The position numbers and the translations under genes were made by a program. This document shows positions 28,041-40,608 of a DNA stretch of 64,000 nucleotides, piece after piece (positions within the stretch are counted from its first letter, which is position 1; each line of letters begins with the position of its first letter). The notes below the pieces were generated by a model. That model saw only the letters and a list, made by a program, of their open reading frames with translations. It searched no databases and was not told where the DNA came from. The DNA comes from Octopus sinensis (lineage: Eukaryota), in NCBI RefSeq assembly GCF_006345805.1, contig NC_043008.1, forward strand, positions 46,314,001 through 46,378,000, read 5' to 3'.

Positions 28041-29045
28041 TGTCACGCAGTTTATGGGCTCTAATGAAGGAGGGATGGGCTAGGTTGGAGTAGAAGTGCG
28101 AGATGGTAAGGTCGGACTGGAGTCGCCGGAAGGCTCGAAGAATGGTGCGCTAGAGGGACAGGATGGAGGTGGGGTAGGTGAGGGAAACGGAAGACGGGCA
28201 ACGGCCGGACTGGTGCAATCAGAAAGAGCAGAGGCACGGTCCACGGATCGTGCTCTGGCAAGGGCAGTGTTGACAGTGGTGAGAGAATATCCACGTAAGA
28301 TGAAGTGGTGAGCCATAAGTTGAGTGTGAGTCTCAAAATGATGGTTGTCATTGCAGAGACTGCGCAGACGGAGTAATGGAGAGTAGGATATGGAGAGCTT
28401 GTTTTGGGTAGGGTAAAACGTTAAGATAGGAGTTTGAATCAGTGTTTGGAGGTAGTGAGAACAGAGTGGTGTGTTCTGATAGAAATTTCGAGGAATTTCG
28501 ACGGGAAAGTTAGAGATAGTGCAGGAGAATTTGAGTGCAGGATGGACGGATTGGACAAAAAGGAGGGAGGAGTCTAGTTGTTTGAGGGAGAGTGAGGTCG
28601 CGCCGATATTAGTCGTTGATATAACGACTATATAGTCAGGGAGTGGGCCCAGTGAATTGTGAGAATAGTTGGGCCTCAACATAGCCAACGAACAGGCTCG
28701 CACAGGTGGATCCCATACTCGTTCCCATTGCTACTCTCGAGAACTGTTGGAAAAAAATCCCCCGAGAACGTGAAGCAGTTGTGGAGGAGAACAAGTTCGG
28801 CCGGACGAAGATGTGAGGAGGTGTCAGACTGAGTGTCAGGTCGAAGGTCGAGAAAGCGTTTCAGCGTAAGAAGACCTTCGTTGTGTGGGATCACCGTAGA
28901 TAAACTCTTGGTATCAAGAGGGAGCAGAAATTTAGCGGGACCAGAAGGGAAGAAGAAAGAGTTAAAGAGGTGAAAATCATGGTTAGTCTTGTGGATGTGG
29001 GATAGGAAGGGAGCCACTAGTGGGGCAAGTACACGGTCGAGGTGC
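28041..29045 (-). mobile_element. Penelope-like element RT region (frameshifted)
   Basis: LDRVLAPLV...HKTNH, LDTKSLSTVIPHNEGLLTLKRFLD, AELVLLHNCFTFSGDF and SISYSPLLRLRSLCNDNHHFETHTQLMAHHFILRGYS are PLE RT and thumb motifs. Confidence 0.9.
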
Positions 29046-29474
29046 GTGTGTGGATATATATATATATATATTTGACTATGGTGATGACCATGTTGCCAGT
29101 TTAGCCAATGAAAACGCATGCACTTCAGCCTCATTTTATATTAATTGCAATGCTTTTGTCACACTCCTGTGACCTTATCAGTGGTCCTTTGCTTTCTTCT
29201 TTCCTTTTTGTGTCTCTCCTAACTAATGAACAGAGCTCAGAAGCATGCCTTGGAGGACCCCAATATGGGTTTTCGCGAGGAATACTCACTGAGAGAGAGA
29301 ATTCGCCGGAGAAACCTAATATCCGAACTGAAGATGAGAGAACAGATGGGAGAGAATGGTTTAAGCATCCAAGATGGACAAATAATCAAGTCCTACCTCT
29401 GGTCGCATGCTGTAGTGCTGACAGGGAAAGTGATTCGAGGGCGAATCGAAGTAAAGTAGATACCCCCGACAACG

Positions 29475-30311
29475 ATGCTATCTCTGATATCCCTTATTCT
29501 GCTTGTTCCCCAATTCCCGCCCCTCAAACTTCACAGCTCAGCATCGTCTATACCGTGCAACTTATTTCCAAAGTTCAGCGAATTATTTACACTGGCCATG
29601 CGTGATTCCCCAGATATGATAGCTATCACCGAGACTTGGCTGACTCCAGCAGTAAAGGACTCGGAAATCCACCTACAGGGCTACGCCCTCTTCAGATGTG
29701 ACAGAGCAAAAAGGCGAGGTGGAGGTGTTGCTGTGTATGTTAAATCTGATCTCAAACCGTCCAGCGGTATTCTACCCACTAATGCTCAACCTACAACAAA
29801 ATTCGATGCCGTCTATTGCAAGCTGAGCCTATCCGGGTTTTGCCTGCCCGTGTTAGCTGTCTACAGGCCGCCTCTTGCCGACTCCAAGGACGATGCTCAT
29901 TTACTCGAAGCGATAAGATTCGTTTCAGCTTCTCATGACTGTTTGATATTAGGAGACTTCAACTCTCTCACGATCGACTGGCCCGCATCAATTTGTACAT
30001 CATCTTCCCGGTTCGGCCAGGCCCTTCTTGACGTGGCTGAAGATTGTTTTCTATCGCAACATGTTGAATATCCGACAAGGCATCGGTCTGGGCAGCAGCC
30101 ATCTATGCTGGATCTGGTATTCTCCCGCTATCCAAGATCAGTGTCAGGCTTATATGTGTGCACCCCTCTTGCCAAGAGTGATCACGCGGTCTTGAAGTTC
30201 GGCATGCACACAACTTTTTCTACGCCCACGACTACTTCGCTGCCACGTAGAGTCTTTTCTGCAATCAATCTTGAAATTTTAACCGAGGCTTCCGCGCTTC
30301 TGGACTGGTGA
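29475..30311 (+). pseudogene. AP-like endonuclease domain of LINE ORF2
   Basis: MIAITETWL, GYALFRCDR..RRGGGVAVYVK, AVYRPP, ILGDFN, LDLVF, SDHAVL. Confidence 0.93.
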
Positions 30312-30431
30312 TCCCTGATGACGATGTCCTCAGTTGACGAACTATGGTCGTCCCTCAAAGCATATGTAATCTGGTTGACTGACCAAGCAGTTCCCGTTGG
30401 GCTTCCCAAGAATAAGAAACACAAGCCCTGA

Positions 30432-31540
30432 GTGACGAAGAAGGTTAAACGAGAACTTCGACTCAGAGATATTGCTTGGGCTGAATTCAAAAATCTAGAT
30501 TTGACTGCAGCTTTTGAGGTGTACAAAACTCAACGAGACCGAGCCGTGAAAATTGAAAAGGAAATACGCTTCATATATGAATACAGAATCATGGAAAACG
30601 GCAGTCGCAATCCAAAAACCTTCTTTGCCCATGTCCAACGGAATTCCCGCTTGACCAACCAAATTGCAACGTTGGTAGACTCAACAGGCGTATTGATTGA
30701 GGACCCTTATCAACAGAGTCAATTATTTGCCGAGGCTTTTTCAACTATTTTCAAACAAGTTGATGGTCGTGAACCCCCTCCATTTGATAGATCGGTACCT
30801 CCAATGCTTCGATTGGTCATCACGCGGGACGAAGTCGAACGCGTTATTCAAGGCCTCGATGTCAACAAGGGTCACGGCCCTGACGGCATACACCCACGGG
30901 TTATCAAAGCGTTGGTTCCGGTCATCTGCGAGCCCTTAACACGTCTATTCAATATGTCATTGGCGATGGGTGTTATACTTGCGGACTGGAGAACAGCGAT
31001 AATCTGCCCAATTTTCAAGAAAGGGAGCCGCGAAGACCCGCTTAACTACCGACAGATTTCCCTTACATCAATAATCAGCAAGATGTTCGAAACCATTCTT
31101 AAGAAAAGTATGATGCTCCACCTCCAAAACACAGCCTCTATCTCTGATTCCCAACACGGCTCTGTGCCGAAGAGATCATGCTTAACCAACTTACTGGTAA
31201 TGGAAGAATTGGTGACGCGCATCCTCGATGATAGATTTGCTGTTGACATTATTTTATTGGACTTTGCCTAAGCGTTTGACTCGGTAAACCACCGCCTATT
31301 ACTTGTCAAGCTTCAAGCATATAGTTTCCATCCGGATATTGTACGATGTGTTGGTTCCTTCCTCTCAGATCGCTCCTTCCAAGTCCAAGTTAATGGTACG
31401 CAGTCCGACGTCTCCAGTGCGAGCAGTGGCGTGCCTCAAGGTTCAGTGCTTGGGCCGTTATTGTTCTTAGTCTTCATAAATGACTTGCCCGACAACCTCA
31501 CGCAACACACCCTACTATTTGCCGATGATGACAAACTGGT
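30432..31540 (+). pseudogene. Reverse transcriptase domain of LINE ORF2 (one in-frame stop)
   Basis: KGHGPDGIHP, PIFKKG..DPLNYRQISLTS, QHGSVPKRSCLTNL, LDFA*AFDSVNH, GVPQGSVLGPLLF, LFADD. Confidence 0.93.
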
Positions 31541-33249
31541 CGCTCCTTTTTGTATGAATTTTGTATTCATATCTGAAGCGTACTTCCTTTTCAATTTTCA
31601 CGGCTCGGTCTCGTTAAAGTGATTCAAACTGCAGACTCAACGCAAAATGGTCACATTTAATTCAAAGCGTTAAAAATGTTATGAAAACAATTGGTATGTG
31701 TTCACAAAGTCCAGACGATTAATACGAAAAAACCCTCCAGGCTACATCCCGAAAATTCATTTCTTTGCCGAATTTCTACAATGTTTACGGCGACTCGTTT
31801 TTATATCTTGATTTTTTATTTTTCATGCAATTTACGCATGCTTGCACGCGTGGTGAACACAGTTCATGTCAAACAGCTGACTGAGTTAAGTTCACTATTC
31901 AATGCATGGGATAAGGCCTAAACAAACACATCGATTTTTGCACTTGCGAGATGAATTTCGGAACAGAAATAGCGCAGTTCAATTTTCATTCGCCTAAACT
32001 TTAAGTGACCCATTTTTGATTTGTTGGCTCGGAGGAGATGTGCCGGGAAGTTAAACACACAGACACACAAGTTGAGTTTTATATATATATATGTGTGTGT
32101 CTGTGAGTGTGTGAGTGTGTATGTATTTATATCACGTGCTCATGCGATCGAACAAGGTATCGGTTGACGTTATATTATATATCACTGGCAACCGCGCCTA
32201 ATGTTCGGCTAAACATATATTCGGGATCTTTATCGATGTGATTCAAAATATTATCAACATTTATATTTATTTTTATTGACCATACCATAGTAATTTTATC
32301 TAGTGTCGGTCTTACATACGTTATATGTACAAAGGGAATTTTTTCTCTAAATGTTTAGAGTATAAGCATTGATGTAAGAATGATATTCTCGTGAAGTGGT
32401 GAGCTAGCATTCTTTATACCCATTGGTTTTTAAATATACAATATTATTGTACAATACGCAGCATGTATATTTGTACAGGTTTGTGAAATGATTTTTTATA
32501 CAAAAATCATAACATTTTTCCGGTTGCGAAACAGCCGTATCACTAAGTATAACAGTGGTTAAATAAATATATTCACATTCCCTTTCATATATTCGCGACT
32601 GTATACGAATGAATCCTTTTTACCGATTCTAGGATTGTCTTGTGTTCTTTTCGTCTTGGTTTCAAGCCATTTCTAGCATTGTAGAATCGATGTATTATTT
32701 TATACATTGGTAGACGTGGAGGTTTCCATCCACTCTCAGAACAAAGCGCAATTGATTTTCAAAGACAGGAAACGATGTAAAAGAGTGAGCGAAATGTAAA
32801 GATAGATTTCCATGGTGGACAAGTAACTTATTTATCGCCCCGAATGTCAAGTAGTAATGTTGATTTTACAATGCACACACATACTCACGCACACACACGC
32901 ACACTCATAAACACACACACACGTGCGTAACAATATTTGGGCTGCTTTTCTTCTTCCGATAATTCGTTATTTATATTTTCTTACATTGTCACCTGTTTAC
33001 CCGTAGCAGGTTCATGGCCAAAAGTTATTTCTCATTACGTAATAACAATTATATACTTATATATAACAAAACAAGGAGTTATATCGATGTAGGAAGAGGG
33101 AGAGAAAATGGCGCGAGTACCATGTTACTATAATTTTACTTCTATAGACGCATAATTAATTAACTTCAACAGGCAAATAGGAAACACCAATAAAACCGAA
33201 CATATAACGGTGGATCAAAATGTTTTTACATATTTACCACTTTTCTGGA

Positions 33250-33555
33250 ATTTATGTTGCGGTGTTACCTGTCGGAGACCACCTTGGTCACAAATGACCA
33301 TGGGAATGTACCTAGAAATTTACCCTTCGAGACACAAGTCCGGGCAAGTTTGTTTATGGAAGACCAGCAGTCACGCATGCTTACCATCTTCTCCTCTCCA
33401 CGCCACCAGTGTTATCCAAGAGAAAGACAAAGGCCGATACAGCTTGGCACCAGTGACGTCGCAACTCATTTCTACAGCTGAGTGAACTGGAGCTCGGGCC
33501 GGGATTCGAACTCACAAGCTCACGATCGTAAGCTCGACGCTCTAACTACTGATCC
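33250..33555 (-). mobile_element. tRNA-derived SINE
   Basis: Minus-strand head cagtagttagagcgtcgagc...gagttcgaatcccggccc (A and B boxes), then ccagttcactcagctgtagaaatgagt core. Confidence 0.8.
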
Positions 33556-34716
33556 TTGTATACGTTCGGCTTCTTGTGAATTTAGATGATGAGGTTCTTT
33601 TTTTCTTTTTATCGCGAAACGCCCAAAAGAATGAATTTCGAAAGTTCCTGTTGGATTCGGATCCATTATTTCTTGCCTTATTTTGTAAACCTCGTTCATA
33701 TTACTTAACAAACTCAGTAAAACGAATTATTAAACAGTGAGATCTTGATAATTGAGTTGCAGATGACACTGTAATAGAATAAATCTGTTGCTATGTGTGA
33801 ATAAATTGCAGCACATTGTGAAGTATCGTTCAACCTAAAGGTGGAAGTCAGAGAAGATATCAGTGATATCTGAACAGATCTGTTAGAAATATATTGAAAA
33901 GCAAATTGGTGTGAGTGGTGAGCGTACAGACGCTTTTTAGTTTAATCATTGCTTTTAGCTAAAACATTTTCACACAAATATATTTTTATGTATTTATATT
34001 TAGCAAAATGAAAGAGCCTTGACACGATAGCATTGCCTCGAATGTAATGCGGAAAGGAAATTGCTAAAGAAAACCAATCTGGTTCCATTACTATACGATA
34101 TGGATCTTATCGAATATCAAATACTTATCTCTATTTCAAAAGAATGTATAAATCACATAACAAGATACTTATATATGTGGTAATACTTATTTAACATAAA
34201 TAACCGCTCGAAATACTTTGAAGGAATTTGGCTCTTGAGCTCCTTCCCCGTAAATAAGTTAAAAAGAATCCACTCTTGTAAACTGGTTTTGTATTCGTTT
34301 AGATGTTTGTGTTTTATCAATTTTGATATAACTTAGAAAATTAAAGATCGAATGCATTTAAGAATATAATCTGGAGCGTGAATGCGTATTTGATTTGTTA
34401 ACGCTAAATTTCTCTTTAGAGATAAAATCTTATAAAATAACTTTTAAAGTTTAAAGAGGATACTTTTGCTGTCATGCCATTCGGGATCACTTTAAATTTG
34501 TTGAAAATGATTTGAGTCTTCTGCTCCATTACCTGAAATATCACGTTTATTGGTTACTGCAGAATTGCAGCTTCCGTAGATCGGCAAATGCTTTTCGTCG
34601 TTATCTGTGCTATATACATTTACCTCTCTATGTTTAAATATTGCTCAGGACGAATTGGTATGGAAACCGTCCACGTAAACTGCTGAAATATACCCATTGG
34701 TTATCAACTATCACAT

Positions 34717-34796
<80 letters not shown>

Positions 34797-34979
34797 ATAA
34801 ATAGAAGCGCCCTTTTAAAGTCTTGCCAGCTGAGTGGACTGGGGCAACGTGAAATGAAATGTTTTGCTCAAGAACACAACGCGTTGCTCGGTACAGGAAT
34901 CGAAACCACAATCTTACGATCATGATACAGACACCCTAACCATTAAGCCACGCGCCTGAACACACACACACACACACAC

Positions 34980-35057
<78 letters not shown>

Positions 35058-35221
35058 ATAAATAGAAGCGCCCTTTTAAAGTCTTGCCAGCTGAGTGGAC
35101 TGGGGCAACGTGAAATGAAATGTTTTGCTCAAGAACACAACGCGTTGCTCGGTACAGGAATCGAAACCACAATCTTACGATCATGATACAGACACCCTAA
35201 CCATTAAGCCACGCGCCTGAA
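34797..35221 (-). repeat. Tandem duplication (period 261 bp) of a SINE head between (CA)n(TA)n(TG)n tracts
   Basis: 34797-34960 and 35058-35221 appear identical. Minus strand ggcgcgtggcttaatggttagggtgtc...ggtttcgattcctg is a tRNA-like head. Confidence 0.9.
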
Positions 35222-36826
35222 CACACACACACACACACACACACGCCAAACTGGAGTATACATATGACGTATACGCGAAGTAAATAAATCAGGCAGAAAA
35301 AATGTATAGATAAGACAAGTGCATATATATATGTACTATGCTGCGATATTTATTAATAGAGCTTGTATAGTTATACGTCAGTGAAAATTTCGAACTTGGA
35401 CGTCAGAGAATATTTCGAAGTTGCTTCGGCTAAAAGTTGAAGAATAACTAATCATATTTATTTTCTACTCGTGTTCTTTTATTGTTATTTTTTTTCTGCA
35501 TTTTAGTCTCTTCTTTTCGGGTTTAGCATCAATTATAACGATTCGTTTGGCTAAATTACTAAGTTACTTCAGCTGTGTTTCAAGCTATATATATATATAT
35601 ATGTACACACACACATGTATGTGTATGTATATCTATATTTCGTTCTCTCTCCCTCTCTGTATACACCCACACCCACCCACACACACAAACACATTCAAGT
35701 TGGATTCTTCAAATATTTAAATCAATAAAAAAGGGAGATAATTTCACAAATGAAAGTATCTCCACAATCGGAATGTCACTGAGGAGCATCGTATTGTTAT
35801 TTGGATATATGAGTACATCTGTTGGCTCATGTTTCTGCCTCAGTGGCTGTCATAATCACAGTCGTTGTTCTAACACGGTTCCACCACAACGATATTCTTT
35901 GTCATAGACAAGCGGGAAATATATTTATAACCTAATTTGAATAATTGAAACGACAATGGGCATAAAAAATAAGTCTGGCAAACATTGGGCTGCGTTTGAT
36001 GTATATTTATTATATTCAGGAAAGTTTTGATTTATTGAAATTAAACTCACTCACACACGCGTATCTGCTTCTTACATAATATATGTATATCTCCACCATT
36101 TTGTATCGTTAAACTATTTCGTTTCTCTTTTCTTTTATCGATTTTAATATTTTATTAAATTGTATAAATAAAACAGACTTTGATATTTTTTCGAAAGAAT
36201 TGTACTGCAGAATATATATATATGGAATTTGTTTTGTTACACACCTCCTCAACTGCATATTTTCAATTTTGCTTTATCGAAAGTAATCGATGAATACGTA
36301 CGCAATATCCTGTTAGTTTAACGTATTTTTCTTGCTATTTTAATATTCTTCATTAAAACAACTATTGACGAACTAAATAAAAAGTTAGGAAATATCGGAA
36401 ATTTATCGAAAATACTTTTCCCTTGAATTGAAAATGCAATTATGTTTTATTGGAAATGTAGAAAGAGGGATTTTTTTTGGAAAATATATGTTTCGAAAAG
36501 CTTCTTTTAGCTAGGAATGCGTTAAAGAGACGTGGATAAAAAAACAGTATCACCTATATATTTCTAGTACATATGCAAACGCATAAGCGTTACGTTATAA
36601 TCAATGGTTGCTTCCGCAACACAAATCATACACACACTCACACGCACATACATACATAGGTGTGGACGTGTGCTCGCGCGTCTGTTTGCGTATCTCCCTC
36701 TCTATTTCTCTGCTTCCCTCTCTTTCACTCTCTCTCCGTATATATATATATATATATGTATATATCTGTATATATATGTATATATGTATATATATATATA
36801 TGTATATATCTGTATATATGTATATA

Positions 36827-36890
<64 letters not shown>

Positions 36891-36939
36891 GTATATATGT
36901 ATATATATATATATATGTATATATATGTATATATACAAA

Positions 36940-39095
36940 TGTGTCCCAGAGAGAAAGGCCACTGTACACAAGAACAAAATCCCCAGAGAGAGGAAAATTT
37001 TAATGAGACGGCGTACGAAATTTTCAAATCGCCTAAACAAACAGATTGAAAGCAGTGAAAAGTCCCGCCTAAAAATAAAACTGTTGGAAATCGAAAAATG
37101 TCTGAAACTCTCCCATGAAAAAGAAAGAGCAGACAAAGAAGCCTGGTCTATAGACAACATAAAATCTAAGCCCAGAGCTTTCTACAGGTATGCCAAAGAA
37201 ACAGCTACGGTGCACTGTAGAATAGGGCCACTCCTCGAAAAGGATGGCACACTTACAGGAAAACCAATGAGGGTAAGTGAAATACTGAATGAGCAATTCA
37301 AGAGTGTTTTCACTCCACCCCTTGGGCATCTCCAAATCACCAATCCAACTGACTTTTTTACCACTGCAGATATAAAATCAGAGGCGGCGACGATAGATTA
37401 CATCGATATAAAGGAAGAAGATGTAACCAAGGCTATAGATGAAATGAAAACAGACTCAGCTACTGGCCCCGATGGATTCCCGGCAATCCTCCTAAAAGCA
37501 TGTAAGAGAGTCCTAGCAAGACCACTGCAGTTCCTCTTTCAGAGCTTCCTTGCAGCTGGCAAACTCCCAAGAGAACTGAAGGAAGGTAAAATATGCCCCA
37601 TTCATAAAGGAGGTAGCAGAGCGGAAGCCAAGAACTATAGACCTATCTCTCTGACCTCACACATCAGCAAGGTCATGGAACGAATAGTCAGAAGGAAGCT
37701 GATCACCTTCCTTGAAGAGAATGACTTGCTGCCCGACACCCAACATGGTTTCCGACCAGGGAGAAGCTGTTTAACTCAGCTCCTACAACACTATGACTGG
37801 GTGCTGAAACGGCTGCTCAACCACTCAAATGTGGAAGTGATATATCTCGACTTTGCAAAGGCCTTTGATAAAGTCGATCATGGAATGATATGTCACAAAC
37901 TGCGTGATCTCAACATAGTTGGAAAACTGGGAGAATGGCTTCATGACTTTCTGAAGGATAGAAGTCAGGTGGTAGTAGCCAATGGGGCCACCTCCATTAA
38001 CACACAAATAGTGAGCGGTGTTCCGCAGGGCACTGTTCTGGGACCACTACTGTTCATAATGGCCCTCTCAGACATGCCCTCAGCCACGCAGAGAGCCACG
38101 ATCACAGGTTATGCAGATGATACAAAAGTTTCACAGGCAATTCAGAACCCTGAGGACACTAAACACCTGCAATGTGAGCTGGACGAAATATACAAGTGGG
38201 CTGAAAAGAATAGCATGCAGTTCAATGCTGGAAAGTTTCAAGCTTTATACTATCAGCATGCAAAACTGAATGCAATACCCAATGAATACACTGGACCCGG
38301 AGGGATTGCAATCCAAGAGGCACAATCAGTGCGTGACCTGGGTATTCACAGGAGTGATGACGCGACCTTTCATGTACATGTTGCTAAACTGACAATGAAA
38401 TGTAGACGGCTGGCTGGCTGGATTCTTAGAACCTATAGAACAAGAGAACAAGAAACCATGATGGTCCTAGGAAGACACTTGTCCTAAGCCGCTTTGACTA
38501 TTGCTCTCAGCTATGGTCACCATCCAGTGTCAAGTTGATCACAGAACTTGAGGCGATCCAACGAAGCTACACAAAGAAGATAGCCTCTATGCAGAATGTA
38601 AGCTACTGGGAAAGACTCAAGAGATTAAAATTATATTCCCTGGAGCGTAGGCGGGAAAGATATGCCATAATATACATCTGGAAGATCCTGGAGGGAAGTG
38701 TTCTGAACTTTGGCATCGAGAGTTACGCAAATGCCAGAAGTGGGCGCCACTGCGTGGTGCCTAGGACTCCAAACCTGCCATCAAGATGTAGGACAAGATT
38801 CTGTGATAGCCTGGGCTTCCGAGGCCCACAGCTCTTCAATATCCTCCCGAAGAACCTGAGAGACCTGCATGGGGTGGATACAGATGTCTTTAAAATGAAG
38901 CTGGATCTCTTCCTGTCAGGTGTCCCAGATGAACCAACTTCACGGCAGGAGGGGCGGATGAGGGCAGCTGCATCGAACTCTCTAATGCACCAAATAGCAG
39001 TTGCTAGAAAGCCTCCATGAAGTGAAACCAAGTAGCAACACCAAATGGCGGTGCCCCAGCATGGCCACAGCTCATAAGCTGAAACTAGAATCAAT
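36940..39095 (+). mobile_element. Young 5'-truncated CR1-type LINE with (AATC)n tail, inserted in an AT microsatellite
   Basis: Uninterrupted RT ([71 protein letters not shown]). One frameshift near 38470, C-terminal ORF 38535-39020, 3' UTR and aatcaatcaatc tail. Confidence 0.96.
36942..38487 (+). CDS. CR1 ORF2 reverse transcriptase (TE-encoded; the N-terminal ~110 codons of the 627-aa track ORF are microsatellite read-through)
   Basis: All RT motifs in one frame up to the frameshift near 38470. Confidence 0.85.
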
Positions 39096-39135
39096 CAATC
39101 AATCATATGTATATATGTATATATATGTATATATA

Positions 39136-39168
<33 letters not shown>

Positions 39169-39700
39169 ATATATATATATGTATGTATATATATATATAT
39201 ATGTATATATATATGTATATATATATATATGTGTATATATATGTATATATATATATATGTATATATATGTATATATATGTATATATATGCATATATATAG
39301 ATTTATATATATGTATATTGTGTATATATATATGTGTATATATATATATGTATATATATTTATATGTATATATGTGTATATATATATGTATATATATTTA
39401 TATATATGTATATATGTGTATATATATGTATATATGTGTATATATATATGTATATATGTGTATATATATATGTATATATGTGTGTATATATATGTATATA
39501 TATTTGTATATACATGTATATATATATGTATATATATATATACATATATGTAGTATAAGCAATTAAGATTCAAGTGAGTTCTGTTGAATTCACATGAATG
39601 AGGTACTTAACTTAGATGCACGAGAAATCTATATGGTATTAACCATAAGATAATGCGGGGTGATTACAAACAAGAAAAAAGCAACAAAAATGGATCAATA

Positions 39701-39790
39701 TTTCGGTACAATTGTTTCGTACGAAGACCACCTTTATTAAAGCTGCAAATATTGCAACAAATACACGTGACCCGTACTCATCAGCCAAAA
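39701..39790 (-). ncRNA. Type I hammerhead ribozyme with extended stem II insert
   Basis: Minus strand UUUUGG-CUGAUGA-GUACG...(49 nt)...CGUAC-GAAAC-AAUU-GUA-CCGAAA. Full core, 6-bp stem I with one U-G pair, 5-bp stem II, palindromic ACAAUUGU stem III. Confidence 0.8.
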
Positions 39791-40307
39791 AAACATCTGA
39801 ATTCTCAAAACATCCAAGGGGTGAGGCTACACTCATGAAACATTCGGGATAGTTCTATAAAAATCAGATTTAGATAATAAATGGACTTCCAAATTTCTTT
39901 AATGTTGCACAGTCAAATAACAGGCTTTAAAAAACTATTTTAAAAAACCTCTTAGTTTCACAGTAATTGAAAATGTAATTCCATCCATAATAATGAAGTA
40001 TTATACATCAGGGAACCCACTTTATTATGAACTAATTATGGATAAATACATCGTCTGTGAGTATGAAATCTCTCCTCATATCTCCAGAATTCAAACATAC
40101 TTCATTGTTATGGATGGAATTACATTTTCAATTTCTGTGAAACTAAGAGGTTTTTTAAAATATTTTTTTAAAGCCTGTTATTTGACTGTGCAACATTAAA
40201 GAAATTTGAAAGTCCATTTATTATATAAATCTGATTTTTATAGAACTATCCCGAATGTTTCATGAGTGTAGCCTCACCCCTTGGATGTTTTGAGAATTCA
40301 GATGTTC

Positions 40308-40397
40308 TTTCGGCTGATGAGCACGGGTCACGTGCATTTGCTGCAATATTTGCAGCCTTAATAAAGGTGGTCTTCGTACGAAACATTTGTACCGAAA
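40308..40397 (+). ncRNA. Mirror hammerhead in the right arm, with two potentially weakening changes
   Basis: UUUCGG-CUGAUGA-GCACG...CGUAC-GAAAC-AUUU-GUA-CCGAAA. C-A mismatch in stem II and a non-palindromic stem III loop. Confidence 0.65.
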
Positions 40398-40575
40398 TAT
40401 TGATCCATTTTTGTTGCTTTTTTCTTGTTTACATATATATGTATATATATATATATATGTATATATGTATATATATATGTATATATGTGTATATATATAT
40501 GTATATATGTGTATATATATATGTATATGTGTGTATATATATATATGTATATATGTGTATATATATATGTATATA

Positions 40576-40607
<32 letters not shown>

Positions 40608-40608
<1 letters not shown>

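Larger units (their letters stand above)
29200..31545 (+). mobile_element. CR1/L2-clade LINE: ORF1 C-terminus, APE and RT, truncated just after the FADD motif
   Basis: ORF1 end EYSLRERIRRRNLISELKMRE. ORF2 stays in one frame from 29475 to about 31540, interrupted only by in-frame stops at 30309, 30429 and 31269. Confidence 0.93.
39668..40430. mobile_element. Fold-back element: 334-bp inverted arms (39668-40001, 40097-40430), 95-bp spacer, 12 differences by manual alignment
   Basis: Direct reverse-complement alignment; each arm holds a hammerhead motif. Confidence 0.95.

Noticed and set aside
28000-28050. CTGATGA-CATA...TATG next to the Penelope RT
   Set aside because: GAAA is absent and the motif is on the opposite strand to the element.
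33490-35221. tRNA-like sequences
   Set aside because: They have A and B boxes but no complete cloverleaf and run into SINE bodies, so they are SINE heads, not tRNA genes.
9575-35245. Regularly spaced direct repeats as CRISPR-like arrays
   Set aside because: Units are 184-261 bp SINE pieces without unique spacers, there are no cas genes, and the context is eukaryotic.
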